Below are positions 39,960 through 49,782 of a stretch of 64,000 nucleotides of DNA, in pieces. The stretch spans positions 71,650,788-71,714,787 of the forward strand of contig CM120640.1 of the NCBI GenBank assembly GCA_051362555.1, read 5' to 3'. Both the position numbers and the translations under genes were made by a program. Below the pieces are notes generated by a model that saw only the letters and a program-made list of their open reading frames with translations, made no database searches and was not told the DNA's origin. Position 1 is the first letter of the stretch. Each line of letters starts with the position of its first letter. The stretch is from Lingula anatina. Lineage: Eukaryota; Animalia; Brachiopoda.

Positions 39960-40087
39960 GTCTGGCGGAAGGTGCAGATGAGCGTCGAAATCTCGCGAGA
40001 GTGTGGATCTTGTAAAGAGAAGCAGGGCTTGAATACGAAAGTAGTTTATTTGCTATAAACACGCTTGCCTCAAGACCTCTAGTAAGT
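39960..40087 (+). promoter_or_regulatory. Candidate CpG-rich promoter and non-coding first exon of the helicase gene
   Basis: Palindrome TCTCGCGAGA (BANP/M8 motif) at 39991-40000, GGCGGAAG just upstream, GTAAGT donor at 40082. Confidence 0.4.
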
Positions 40088-40237
40088 AGATGGTAATATA
40101 GGAATAGATAAGACGTATGCATTGCGTCACTATCGTTTTCATATAAAAAATTAGTGCCTCGTGGAAGCTACAAATCACTTACAAAAGTGCATGTTATTGT
40201 CAATCAAACGCCAAGTCTTGAGTTTAGTGTCGTAGAT

Positions 40238-41214
40238 CACGCTCGGCTGTCACCTTGATTGGATAGTAAACGGTTGTCGTAAAATCGCTAAATGATATTA
40301 AAACCCGGTGCATAAAGTTGAAAACCACCTAGGACAACCTTAGACTGCCACATTAATCCAATACAATGCAAAAATAAACTATAACAAGTGGTTAAAGCCT
40401 TCAAACCGAATGTCGTAAAGTCCCCATATACCTCCACAGAGACAATAAAATATAGTAAGCTTCTGAAACAAGATAAATCCAGTTCCAACATAATAATCGA
40501 AATAAAATACTGCCGGGCATCGGAGCGGCCTAAAACTTGGCACGCTTACCGCTAATACTGCAGGCTACATCATCCCGTCGCTCGTTTGTAAATTCCGTGC
40601 ATGGCATACGCACAATCAAACCGTATATCCAAATTGCACCTCTGATGTTTGAATTAGTCCTCTACGCTATTCAAATCAAGAAGTGACGTAACCGCAGAGG
40701 TCACCGTACACCGGGCTTACGAAAAATAAGCCATGCCATTGGACAATGCGACCTCTGCGGTTACGTCATTTCCTGAATTGGATTGTAGAGAGGACTAATT
40801 CAAACATCAGAGATGGAATTTGGATATACGGTTTGATTGTGCGTATGCCATGCACGGAATTTACAAACGAGCGACGGGATGATGTAGCCTGCAGTATTAG
40901 CGGTAAGCGTGCCAAGTTTTAGGCCGCTCCGATGCCCGGCAGTATTTTATTTCGATTATTATGTTGGAACTGGATTTATCTTGTTTCAGAAGCTTACTAT
41001 ATTTTATTGTCTCTATGGAGGTATATGGGGACTTTACGACATTCAGTTTGAAGGCTTTAACCACTTGTTATAGTTTATTTTTGCATTGTATTGGATTAAC
41101 GTGGCAGTCTAAGGTTGTCCTAGGTGGTTTTCAACTTTATGCACCGGGTTTTAATATCATTTAGCGATTTTACGACAACCGTTTACTATCCAATCAAGGT
41201 GACAGCCGAGCGTG
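40238..41214. mobile_element. Foldback DNA element: about 465-bp inverted arms, about 47-bp spacer, flanked by a TSD
   Basis: 40238-40702 is the near-perfect reverse complement of 40750-41214. TCGTAGAT at 40230-40237 is repeated at 41215-41222. Confidence 0.93.
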
Positions 41215-41547
41215 TCGTAGATCTATGGACGAAGGAAATTTCTTAGTGTCTTTTTCGTGGCTTTTTGTCTGCCTTTTACAGATCTTAGTGGTAAACTGAT
41301 TTTTCATGCTGTGAATGTTTGTGAGTCCAGTGAAGGGGGGGGGGGGGGGGGGGCGTCAGGGACCTGATCAGTAGCCCCAGTGGGAATATTTTGAGTGCAT
41401 GTACAATACAATACAATACAATAAATTTTATTTCATGTCGGTTATAAATTGAATGGAAACATTAGCTTTACAGCTATTCTCCGACTGTGTAAGGACAATA
41501 ACATATCTACAATAATGCAATATTACACATGAAGTCTAGTAAGAGAG

Positions 41548-41578
<31 letters not shown>

Positions 41579-41753
41579 ACAAAGAGTATACAAAAACACG
41601 AAATCTATTAAGATAACAAATTAGAAAAAGAGAAAAAAGTTTTTTATGGGAAATGTGCAGAATGCTATACCTAAATCAACTGTGAAAAACAGACAATTTT
41701 ACATACAATGCTCAATGATACAGTTATACAAACAATGTAAACATGACGTATTA

Positions 41754-44486
41754 TTACACATTTTCACTAAAAGCATATAGGTAACACAGGCTACATCTGC
41801 ATTTGGGTCCTTCCCAAAGCCTTAAAAGTGATTTAAACTCATTTGAATTGATGCTTTGCTTTAAGTCATTTGAGAGATCATTCCATATTTTTGGCCCAAG
41901 ATATGATAAGGATTTTTTGCCGTATGTCACTGTGTTAAATCTGGGAATATTTAGAGTCTTTTCTCCTCTAAGGTTGTAACTTGTTGTTCTTTCTTGGAAA
42001 AGGTCGGAGATGTAGGAAGGTGCAAGTCCATGTATAGCTTTGTAAACCTCAAGTGCAAGCATACGTATCCTTTTCAAGTGCAGAGTGCTGAGGCCTGACA
42101 TATTTAAAAGCTCGTCGTAACTGCTTGTGTGGTTGTCGTAGACAAATCTTAGACCCCTTTCCTGTATCTTTTCTAATTTTTTCATATTTCCCTCACCACA
42201 AAAGTGCCATACTAACGGACAATAATTAAAGTTTGATAATGTAAAGTGCCTGAAAATGGCAAGCCGACTTGGGACATCTAGATGAGCTGAAAGCCTTTTC
42301 AGAGTGTTTAATTGACATGCTGTTTTTAAACATAATTCTGAAATGTGTTTGTTGAAAGTCAGTCTTGAGTCAAAGTAAACCCCAAGGAGCTTGACCCAAG
42401 GTTCTGGCTTCACCAATTTTCCATTGAAAGATAATTGCTCATCACTATGGTTGACTCCTGTTTTGCCAATAATAATAGCTTGGAATTTTTCAGGGTTAGC
42501 TTCCATCTCGTTTAAAGAGAACCAGTTTATAGCATTTTGTGCATCATATTCGAGCTCCCTTTTTAAGGTATCAAAGTCTGGGTGTGCAGCACTTAAGGTG
42601 TTATCATCTGCGTAGTTGTAGAGGTTACAAATTTCAATAGAATGAAAGATGTCATTTATGAAAATGTTGAACAGCAGGGGACCAATGATGGAACCTTGAG
42701 GAACACCTTTATGTAGATTTTCCCAACAGCTTAGAGTATCGCCGACTTTCACTCGCTGTTTTCTTTTACTCAAGTAGCTGTGCATTAAGTCTAAGGCATT
42801 TTTGTCGAGACCATATGCCTCTAATTTGGCAAGTAGTAAAGTGTGTGGTATACTGTCAAATGCCTTCGATAGGTCCATTAGAACTGCGCCAACATATTTG
42901 TTTTTGTCTAAACTTTGTTTCCAGTCCTCTACCATCTTGATCAGGAGTGTCTGGCAGCTATGTCCATGCCTGAATGCCGTAAGGTACGGAGAAAAAATGT
43001 CTGAGAAAAAAGAGTTCAGTTGTTCTGCCATAATCCCTTCATATATTTTTGAAAATACTGGGAGCACACTTACTGGCCTATAATTTTCCTTGTCAGAAGT
43101 GTCCTTTTTCGTATGGATGGGTGTAACATCAGCCTTTTTCAGGTCAGAAAAGAAGCAGTTTTCTGTCATGCCTCTATTGATACATTTGGTAAGGGGACCC
43201 GCAATTGAGGCAGCTGCTATTTTCACAATTTTTGGAGAAATGTTGTCGTGTCCTGTGCTTTTCTTTGTATCAATTTTAGTCAATCGATTGTAGACATTTT
43301 GTTCCGACACGGGCATGAAATGAAAGTCTTTTTCTTCAGCCTGATTTTCTTTTATGTGGCGAATACTGGAGTGATTCTCATAATGGCTGATTTCCACTGG
43401 ATCCGAGGAGCTGTTTCTCCCAATGTGGGAGGCTACATTAGTAAAATGATTATTGAATATGCTGGCAATCTCTGTCCGTGAATTTACTACTGTGTCATTT
43501 TCTATGAGAACAATGTCATTGCAGCCAGAGTTTGATTTTTTGCTCACAAACGGTTTAATTGTTTTCCAGAAATTTGGGTTTTTTGCACCTCCTGTACATC
43601 TCTCCATAAAATAGTTTTTAATACTGTTCCTCCGGAGTTTCGCACATTTGTTTCGCATTTGTCTGAAGTCCTCCCAATTTTGTGATGTTCTACTTTTATA
43701 AAACCTATTTCTTAGCTGTTGTTTTCTACTGACACACTTTCTGTATTCACTGTTCATAAAGGGAACATTTCTCCTTTTGATCCTTTTGGTTTTCATTGGC
43801 AAGTGTTTATCTACTATGTCACTAAAGAGGTTGTTGAAAGTGTTGAAAGCATCCTCTGCGTCATCAAAGATTTCGCCCAGCTCAAAAGGAGCATTTTCAA
43901 GATCTCTTTGGAAATGACTGGCATCAAAGTTTTTATAGCTTCTATTTTTAATAGTTCGTACTTGCTCTTTTGGTGCATGAGACCGGAAAACTGAATATAT
44001 CAAATGGTGGAAATCACTAAGGCCACAGTCGAAGGCTCCTGATTTTAGATGTTTGTTTGGCTGATTACTGAGGATAACATCTATCAAAGTTGGATTTGCT
44101 GACTTGTAACAAGTGGGTACCTTGATGATATTTTGTAAGTCATATACATCACAAAACTCTTTTAGCAATCTCCCATTTCCACATTCAGTGTTTAAATTAC
44201 AGTTTAGGTCACCAATAACTTCAATGTTTTCATATTTGCATAAAGCCATGTCAATAGTTTTTCCCAGTATTTGGAGAAAAAAGTCAACATTTGAGTTTGG
44301 AGGTCTATAAGTGGCAAGGAAGCACCATTTGCTATTTTTCAGGTTTACAGTTAAAGGTATAAGTTCCATGGTGTTTGATTCTAGATTTGTTGCTCTTCGA
44401 GTTGGAATGGATGACCGTACATAAACCATTAGTCCACCTCCATTTGCATTTCTGTCCTTTCTGAACATGTTATAGTTTTCCACTTT
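41754..44486 (-). CDS. LINE ORF2, 3' part (rest of APE endonuclease and reverse transcriptase)
   Basis: Motifs RKDR..GGG, YRPP, GDLN, SDFH, NYRPVSVL, DLSKAFD, GVPQGSIIGPLLF, YADD, C-terminal CRCSLC. No stops. Confidence 0.95.
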   Translation of the reverse strand, partial: KVENYNMFRKDRNANGGGLMVYVRSSIPTRRATNLESNTMELIPLTVNLKNSKWCFLATYRPPNSNVDFFLQILGKTIDMALCKYENIEVIGDLNCNLNTECGNGRLLKEFCDVYDLQNIIKVPTCYKSANPTLIDVILSNQPNKHLKSGAFDCGLSDFHHLIYSVFRSHAPKEQVRTIKNRSYKNFDASHFQRDLENAPFELGEIFDDAEDAFNTFNNLFSDIVDKHLPMKTKRIKRRNVPFMNSEYRKCVSRKQQLRNRFYKSRTSQNWEDFRQMRNKCAKLRRNSIKNYFMERCTGGAKNPNFWKTIKPFVSKKSNSGCNDIVLIENDTVVNSRTEIASIFNNHFTNVASHIGRNSSSDPVEISHYENHSSIRHIKENQAEEKDFHFMPVSEQNVYNRLTKIDTKKSTGHDNISPKIVKIAAASIAGPLTKCINRGMTENCFFSDLKKADVTPIHTKKDTSDKENYRPVSVLPVFSKIYEGIMAEQLNSFFSDIFSPYLTAFRHGHSCQTLLIKMVEDWKQSLDKNKYVGAVLMDLSKAFDSIPHTLLLAKLEAYGLDKNALDLMHSYLSKRKQRVKVGDTLSCWENLHKGVPQGSIIGPLLFNIFINDIFHSIEICNLYNYADDNTLSAAHPDFDTLKRELEYDAQNAINWFSLNEMEANPEKFQAIIIGKTGVNHSDEQLSFNGKLVKPEPWVKLLGVYFDSRLTFNKHISELCLKTACQLNTLKRLSAHLDVPSRLAIFRHFTLSNFNYCPLVWHFCGEGNMKKLEKIQERGLRFVYDNHTSSYDELLNMSGLSTLHLKRIRMLALEVYKAIHGLAPSYISDLFQERTTSYNLRGEKTLNIPRFNTVTYGKKSLSYLGPKIWNDLSNDLKQSINSNEFKSLLRLWEGPKCRCSLCYLYAFSENV

Positions 44487-44488
44487 AA

Positions 44489-47400
44489 GGCCACACTTTT
44501 TATGTACAGACACAGATGTGTCTGTACATATTGCCATCACCTGCGTCTGTCGTCGCCGATGGCGATGCCGATGGCGATGCCGATGGCGATGGCGATGCCG
44601 GCGCCGTGCACTTTCCTTGTAAACACGATAAGTGGAGGGCAGTTTTACTTTTTGGCTTTATATTTACAGAGCTGATGAATATTCATAAAACGCAGGTCAA
44701 GTTCGAAAATCAGCATGATCGGGCCATTATTGTAGAAGTTATGCTGTTTTTTTCACTTTTCAGCATATTTTTCACATTTCCTCAAATTCAATTCTTAGGC
44801 ATGTTAACAGTCTCATTATTAAACTAATAAGATACGTAAAAGTGTTTGTTTGACATTTCCTGCATCTTTACAATATTGTTAGTTGATTTTGTAAAAATGA
44901 TGGTAAACTTGTTATCATGTATTGTGTAATAAAGTTTCAAAAATGGAAATAAACTCATATCATTGCAGTTTGTCAGATTCAATCATTCACTATGTTCAGA
45001 ATCTCAGAAGGGAAGAAATTGGACATTTAACACTGCTCTGTTGATATTTTTCCCATCTCATCAATTTTCTTAGTTGATCATATAAAAATGGCAGTAAACT
45101 GTTAATTTTGTTTTATGTTAAAAAATGTTGAAAATGGAAAAAAAAAACATTTCAGAATAGTGCTGTCTTGTTTACATTTTGGCATTTTCAAGTTGTGACT
45201 TTGAAGTTCCATGGGCCTGAAGACCTTTGCTAGTCACATTTTCTGAATATCCATGATACTAATATTTTATTATTAAAAATTGATGGTCATCATGCTGTTA
45301 AACATTATGTAATATTGCATCAAAATTTGAAAAAAACCTATTTTGGGCACTGCTCCTATGATGACCATTTAAGGGAAATCATGTCACTTACTGTTCTCAA
45401 ACAGTACAGTAAATATATATAGATGTGTCTGTACATATTGCCATCACCTGCGTCTGTCGTCGCCGTCGCCGTCGTTGCCGTGCACTTTCCTTGTAAACAC
45501 GATAAGTGGAAGGTAGTTTTACTTTTTGGCTTTATATTTACAGAGCTGATGAATATTCATAAAATGCAGGTCAAGTTCGAAAATCAGCATGATCGGGCCA
45601 TTATTGTAGAAGTTATGCTGTTTTTTCACTTTTCAGCATATATGCAACACTGTAAACACATTTCAACAAAAACCGATAGGCCTGTTGTCATGAAACTCAC
45701 AGGAAAAATTGATCTTACTAAAACGCAGGTCAAGTTCAAAAATTGGCATGATCGGGCCACTATTTTAGTAGTTATGCTTTTTTTTCTTTTTTCAGCATAT
45801 ATGCAACACTGTAAACACAATATAAGAAAAACAGATAGGCCAATTGTCATTAAACTCACAGGAGTGGTCAATCCTGCTAAAACGCAGGTTAAGTTCAAAA
45901 ATCAGCATAATCAGGCCATTAATTTAGAAGTTATGCTGTTTTTTACATTTCCTTAGATTCAATTCTTAGGCATGTTAACAGTTTCATTATTTAATTAATA
46001 AGATATGTAAAAGTGTTTTTTTGACATTTCCTGCATCTTTACAACATTGTTAGTTGATTTTGTAAAAATGATGTTAAACTTGTTATTGTGTATTGTGTAA
46101 TAAAGTTTCAAAAATGGAAATAAACTCATATCATTGCAGTTTGTCAGATTGAATCATTCACTATGTTCAGAATCTCAGAATGGAAGAAATTGGACATTTA
46201 ACACTATTCTATTGATATTTTTCCCATCTCATCAATTTTCTTAGTTGGTCATATAAAAATGGCAGTAAACTGTTAATTTTGTTTTATGTTAAAAAAGTGT
46301 TAAAAATGGAAATAAACCCATTTCAGAAAAGTGCTGTCTTGTTTACATTTTGGCATTTTCAAGTTGTGGCTTTGAAGTTCCATGGGCCTGAAGACCTTTG
46401 CTAGTCACATTTTCTGAATATCCATGATACTAATATTTTATTCTTAAAAATTGATGGTCATTATGTTGTTAAACATTATGTAATATTGCATCAAAATTTG
46501 AAAAAAACCTATTTTGGGCACTGCTCCCATGATGACCATTTAAGAAAAACCATGTCACTTACTGTTCTCAAACAGTACAGTAAATATGTACAGATGTGTC
46601 TGTACATATTGCCATCACCTGCGTCTGTCGTCGCCGTCATCGCCGTTGCCGGCACCTTGCACTTTCATTGTAAACACGATAAGTGGAAGGCAGTTTTACT
46701 TTTGGGCTTTATATTTAAAGAGCTGATGAATATTCATAAAACGCAGGTCAAGTTCGAAAATCAGCATGATTGGGCCATTATTGTAGAAGTTATGCTTTTT
46801 TCTTTCACTTTTCAACATATATGCAACACTGTAAACACATTTCAAGGAAAACCAATAGGCCTGTTGTCGTGAAACTCTAAGGAGTAATCCATCTTACTAA
46901 AATGGAGGTCAAGTTCGAAAATCGGCATGCAGCCTGAGTTGGAAAAGCAGTCTAATTGGCTTCTTATTCTGGAAGTTATACATTTTCAAAGTGTGAACTT
47001 GAACTCTCATGGGCCTGAAGCCTTTTGCTTGTTACACATTTTACTTTCATTGGTATTACCTGTTGAGCATAATTAAAATTTGATGTTGAATTTACAGTTT
47101 AACATAATGTACTTTTGCATCGGAATTGACAGTAGCCTATTTTGTGCATAGTAATTTCCTGCTTTTTGTCTGTACATTTGACAGCTTTGCTGCCTTGTTT
47201 ATTTTTATGGATGACATCCTCTGGGGACCCCAAAATCGGTGCGAGCGGGCGAAAAAAAAAAAAAAAACAGTCCAAAAAAAAAAAAAAAAAACCTGCTTAA
47301 GAAAACTTATGTTTTCAGTACACAGCTGGAAACACTAATTTACCACAGAAACACGTATCAAACTAACAACATGTCTTTATCCATGTTCTCAAAATATTAA

Positions 47401-48272
47401 AGCATTGTGAATAGGGCCTACTTTGTAGAAAGGTAAAAAGTCATGAATATATATGCTGCATATTACCAAATCTATTTAAGGTTATTTCATGCATTCTATT
47501 GGTACAGCAATCAATAAAACAAATATAATAGCGTGTCTTTATTTGTACTGTCAGAAAATTAAAGCATTGAAAACACTTCACAGAATTGTTTAAAAAAATG
47601 AAGCAAAGATAGGCCTATGCTTCCTACTACCAAATCTAAAAAAGGTAATTTCGGTCGATGCCATTTTGTTTACTTCGACTCACACGTAGCAGCCAACTAT
47701 CGGGTGGCCTGTCCGACCTTCAGTCCACCAAATACCACGACGCTCTTGTCGACCCTTTTTTCGGTACAAAAAAACCTGGTATGGGCTGCTTTGGACAGAA
47801 TGTCACTGAAATTTTCCGGGCGATGATCGCTGGCCGCGGCCAGCCTTTCGTATAATTGTAAAAGGGTGATATCTCCATGACAATATCAATGGCAAACCAA
47901 TCCAAAACGACGGCCCCGTTCTCTTTATGACTTTAATTGTCGTGCATTTTGAAATTAATGCTAGAGATGAATTTGACGGCAAAGCTGCCATATTTCCACG
48001 TGGTGATAATACGCATGCGCAGAAAGCTCATTTTCCGCACTCGGAACTACTCGGATGTCTCCGCAGTTGACAATGACAGTATGGATCGTGCGGAATAAGC
48101 CGAGGATTGCCGATTGCATTTTCCGGCAAATTCAATAAAGACGTTTGTGACAACCGACTTCCATGGGGGGGGGGGGGGGGGGGGGGATTTTTTTTTTTTT
48201 TTTTTGGGGGGAGAACGGAAGAAAATCGGTGCGCGCGCAGGATGTCATCCATAAAATTAAAAAAGTGTGGCC
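44489..48272. mobile_element. PIF/Harbinger-type non-autonomous element (about 1.08 kb without its nested HINE), TAA TSD
   Basis: TAA at 44486-44488 and 48273-48275. TIR GGCCACACTTTTTTAWTTTTATGGATGACATCCT; the left TIR is split and resumes at about 47198. Confidence 0.85.
44501..47199 (+). mobile_element. HINE family A, trimeric copy inserted in the T-run of the MITE left TIR
   Basis: 5' hairpin at 44501-44530, internal restarts near 45421 and 46592. 3' sub-TIR TGTCTGTACAT, short palindrome CAGC-TTT-GCTG, then TTGTT. No TSD. Confidence 0.82.
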
Positions 48273-48273
48273 T

Positions 48274-48531
48274 AAACTGAGAGTCTGGGAAGGATGAATC
48301 AAGTTTTGTTTCACTGACTATTAGACAGTCAATCACATTTCTTTGTAATATGTCTCTGAGGTCCCAGAATTTGTGTTGTAGGCTGTTTATGTTTATATGA
48401 CATATGAGAAAATTTTGGGAGTGTTTCTTCCTTATTTTGATTATTTCTTCGAAAGGTGAGTTTGTTTCTTCGTGAGAGTCTCTTTCCTTGGGCGCTCCAG
48501 ATAACTGTTTTTCATGAGATATATGAGACAT
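48274..48531 (-). CDS. LINE ORF2, 5' part (APE N-terminus)
   Basis: HININSL...SETKLDSSFPDSQF joins in frame to KVENYNMFRKDR once the insertion and one TAA are removed. Confidence 0.88.
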
Positions 48532-49392
48532 ACATGGGACTATGGAATTCTCCTCTGCTGAGCTGTGTGAAAATATATATATATACTGATCACAAAAGTA
48601 CTGCCCAATGTCAACTTCTCTGTTTTCATTGATTCATAAGATAGTGACCAAACATGATTTTAAAACTATTTTTTAATATTTTGCACAAATGAAATGGTGA
48701 AATAATTACACCTTTTCAAATACCATTGCAAACTTGAATTTCAAGTTGAAGCAATCATTAGAAATTCCTGGAAGGTATAAATTGTGACTTTTAGCTGTTT
48801 TTGTATTATTTGTACAGTGATGCCCCAACAAAGCCTTTGGGCCCATGCTTAAAGGTGCACAGAATGCAATTTTCCTTTGAAAACTCGTACCTTGGATAAA
48901 TAATGGTGTCTTTCTTAGAGTGACCAAACTGTGATCATCCTTTCCTTACACTTGACATAACTAACTATGGAAATAAAAGTCCTAAACTCACACTGAGTTA
49001 GTGTTTGTTTGTTTTCTTTTTAAAATTCATCCCTTCAGGCTGGTATCTCACGCTGACTTCCAGATTCCACATAGTTTAAAACTGTCAAGATTGTTTAGTG
49101 GCAGCGATGGCCATCATTGGGTTGTGAAGTTGATTATTTTTCTTTCGTAAATTCATGATTTGAAGTGATGAAATTAAAATATGATCAAAAAGTATAAATT
49201 GTTCTCAGATAAGTTCAGCAAAATGTGGTTTATAAACCTGTATTTATTTAAAATCCTACACTTTGTCACATAAGTGAAGGTCAAGTTAAAAATTATATCA
49301 GTGTTGGGTGTTCATATGTAAAATTGCAAGAATTTCATATAGATCTTTGAGTTCTTAATAATTGATTATATAATTTATGTGAAATATTTCAG

Positions 49393-49482
49393 CCCATTTG
49401 AAATGTGAGATTGTCAGCAAGGTGGTTGGGTCTGAGGGTTTGGATCTAATAAACCCTCTTAGAAGAGGCACATTTTCTGAAG
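49393..49482 (+). other. Probable 5' UTR exon of the helicase gene
   Basis: TTTCAG acceptor, AAG/GTAAGC donor. Contains stops in frame with ATG 49710. Confidence 0.5.
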
Positions 49483-49709
49483 GTAAGCAAAGCCCTGCAC
49501 TAACAAAAAAAATGAATTCTGTATAATCTGTCATTGCAAAAGGATTCTTAAGTAAGACTTTATATCCAGTTCAGATTTAAGATTAGATCAATTCCATAAT
49601 AATAGATAGTTGAATTTTGATGATTTTTGCTGTAACTTGTAAATGCATTTAAACATGTATAATTATTACTGAATGTCAGGTTATTTAGTTTTAGGTTAAA
49701 GGATGTAGA

Positions 49710-49782
49710 ATGGCAGATGACTTTGACATTATTGAAATCACAGATGCTGATTCTTCTGATGAAGAATTTGTCAAACCAACAG
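49710..49782 (+). CDS. SETX: Helicase first coding exon (MADDFDIIEITDADSSDEEFVKPT)
   Basis: Acceptor ending 49694, AGA ATG G context, CAG/GTAGAA donor in phase 1 matching the next exon. Confidence 0.7.

Larger units (their letters stand above)
41403..48570 (-). mobile_element. CR1/L2-group non-LTR retrotransposon, probably 5'-truncated, interrupted at 44489-48272
   Basis: APE endonuclease plus RT ORF, 3' UTR with AATAAA and (TATTG)n tail at 41403-41422. No ORF1 or TSD seen. The clade is inferred. Confidence 0.9.

Noticed and set aside
40288-41164. Two mirror 67-aa ORFs (MLELDLSCF...)
   Set aside because: By-product of the inverted arms; no recognisable motifs.
44487-44540. N-terminus [18 protein letters not shown] of the 928-aa ORF
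   Set aside because: Read-through from inserted HINE and MITE sequence. The real N-terminus is at 48274-48531.
44516-46872. Repeated ORFs beginning [13 protein letters not shown] (also 8593-8874 and 59997-60386)
   Set aside because: Translations of the non-coding HINE 5' region; lengths and frames differ between copies.
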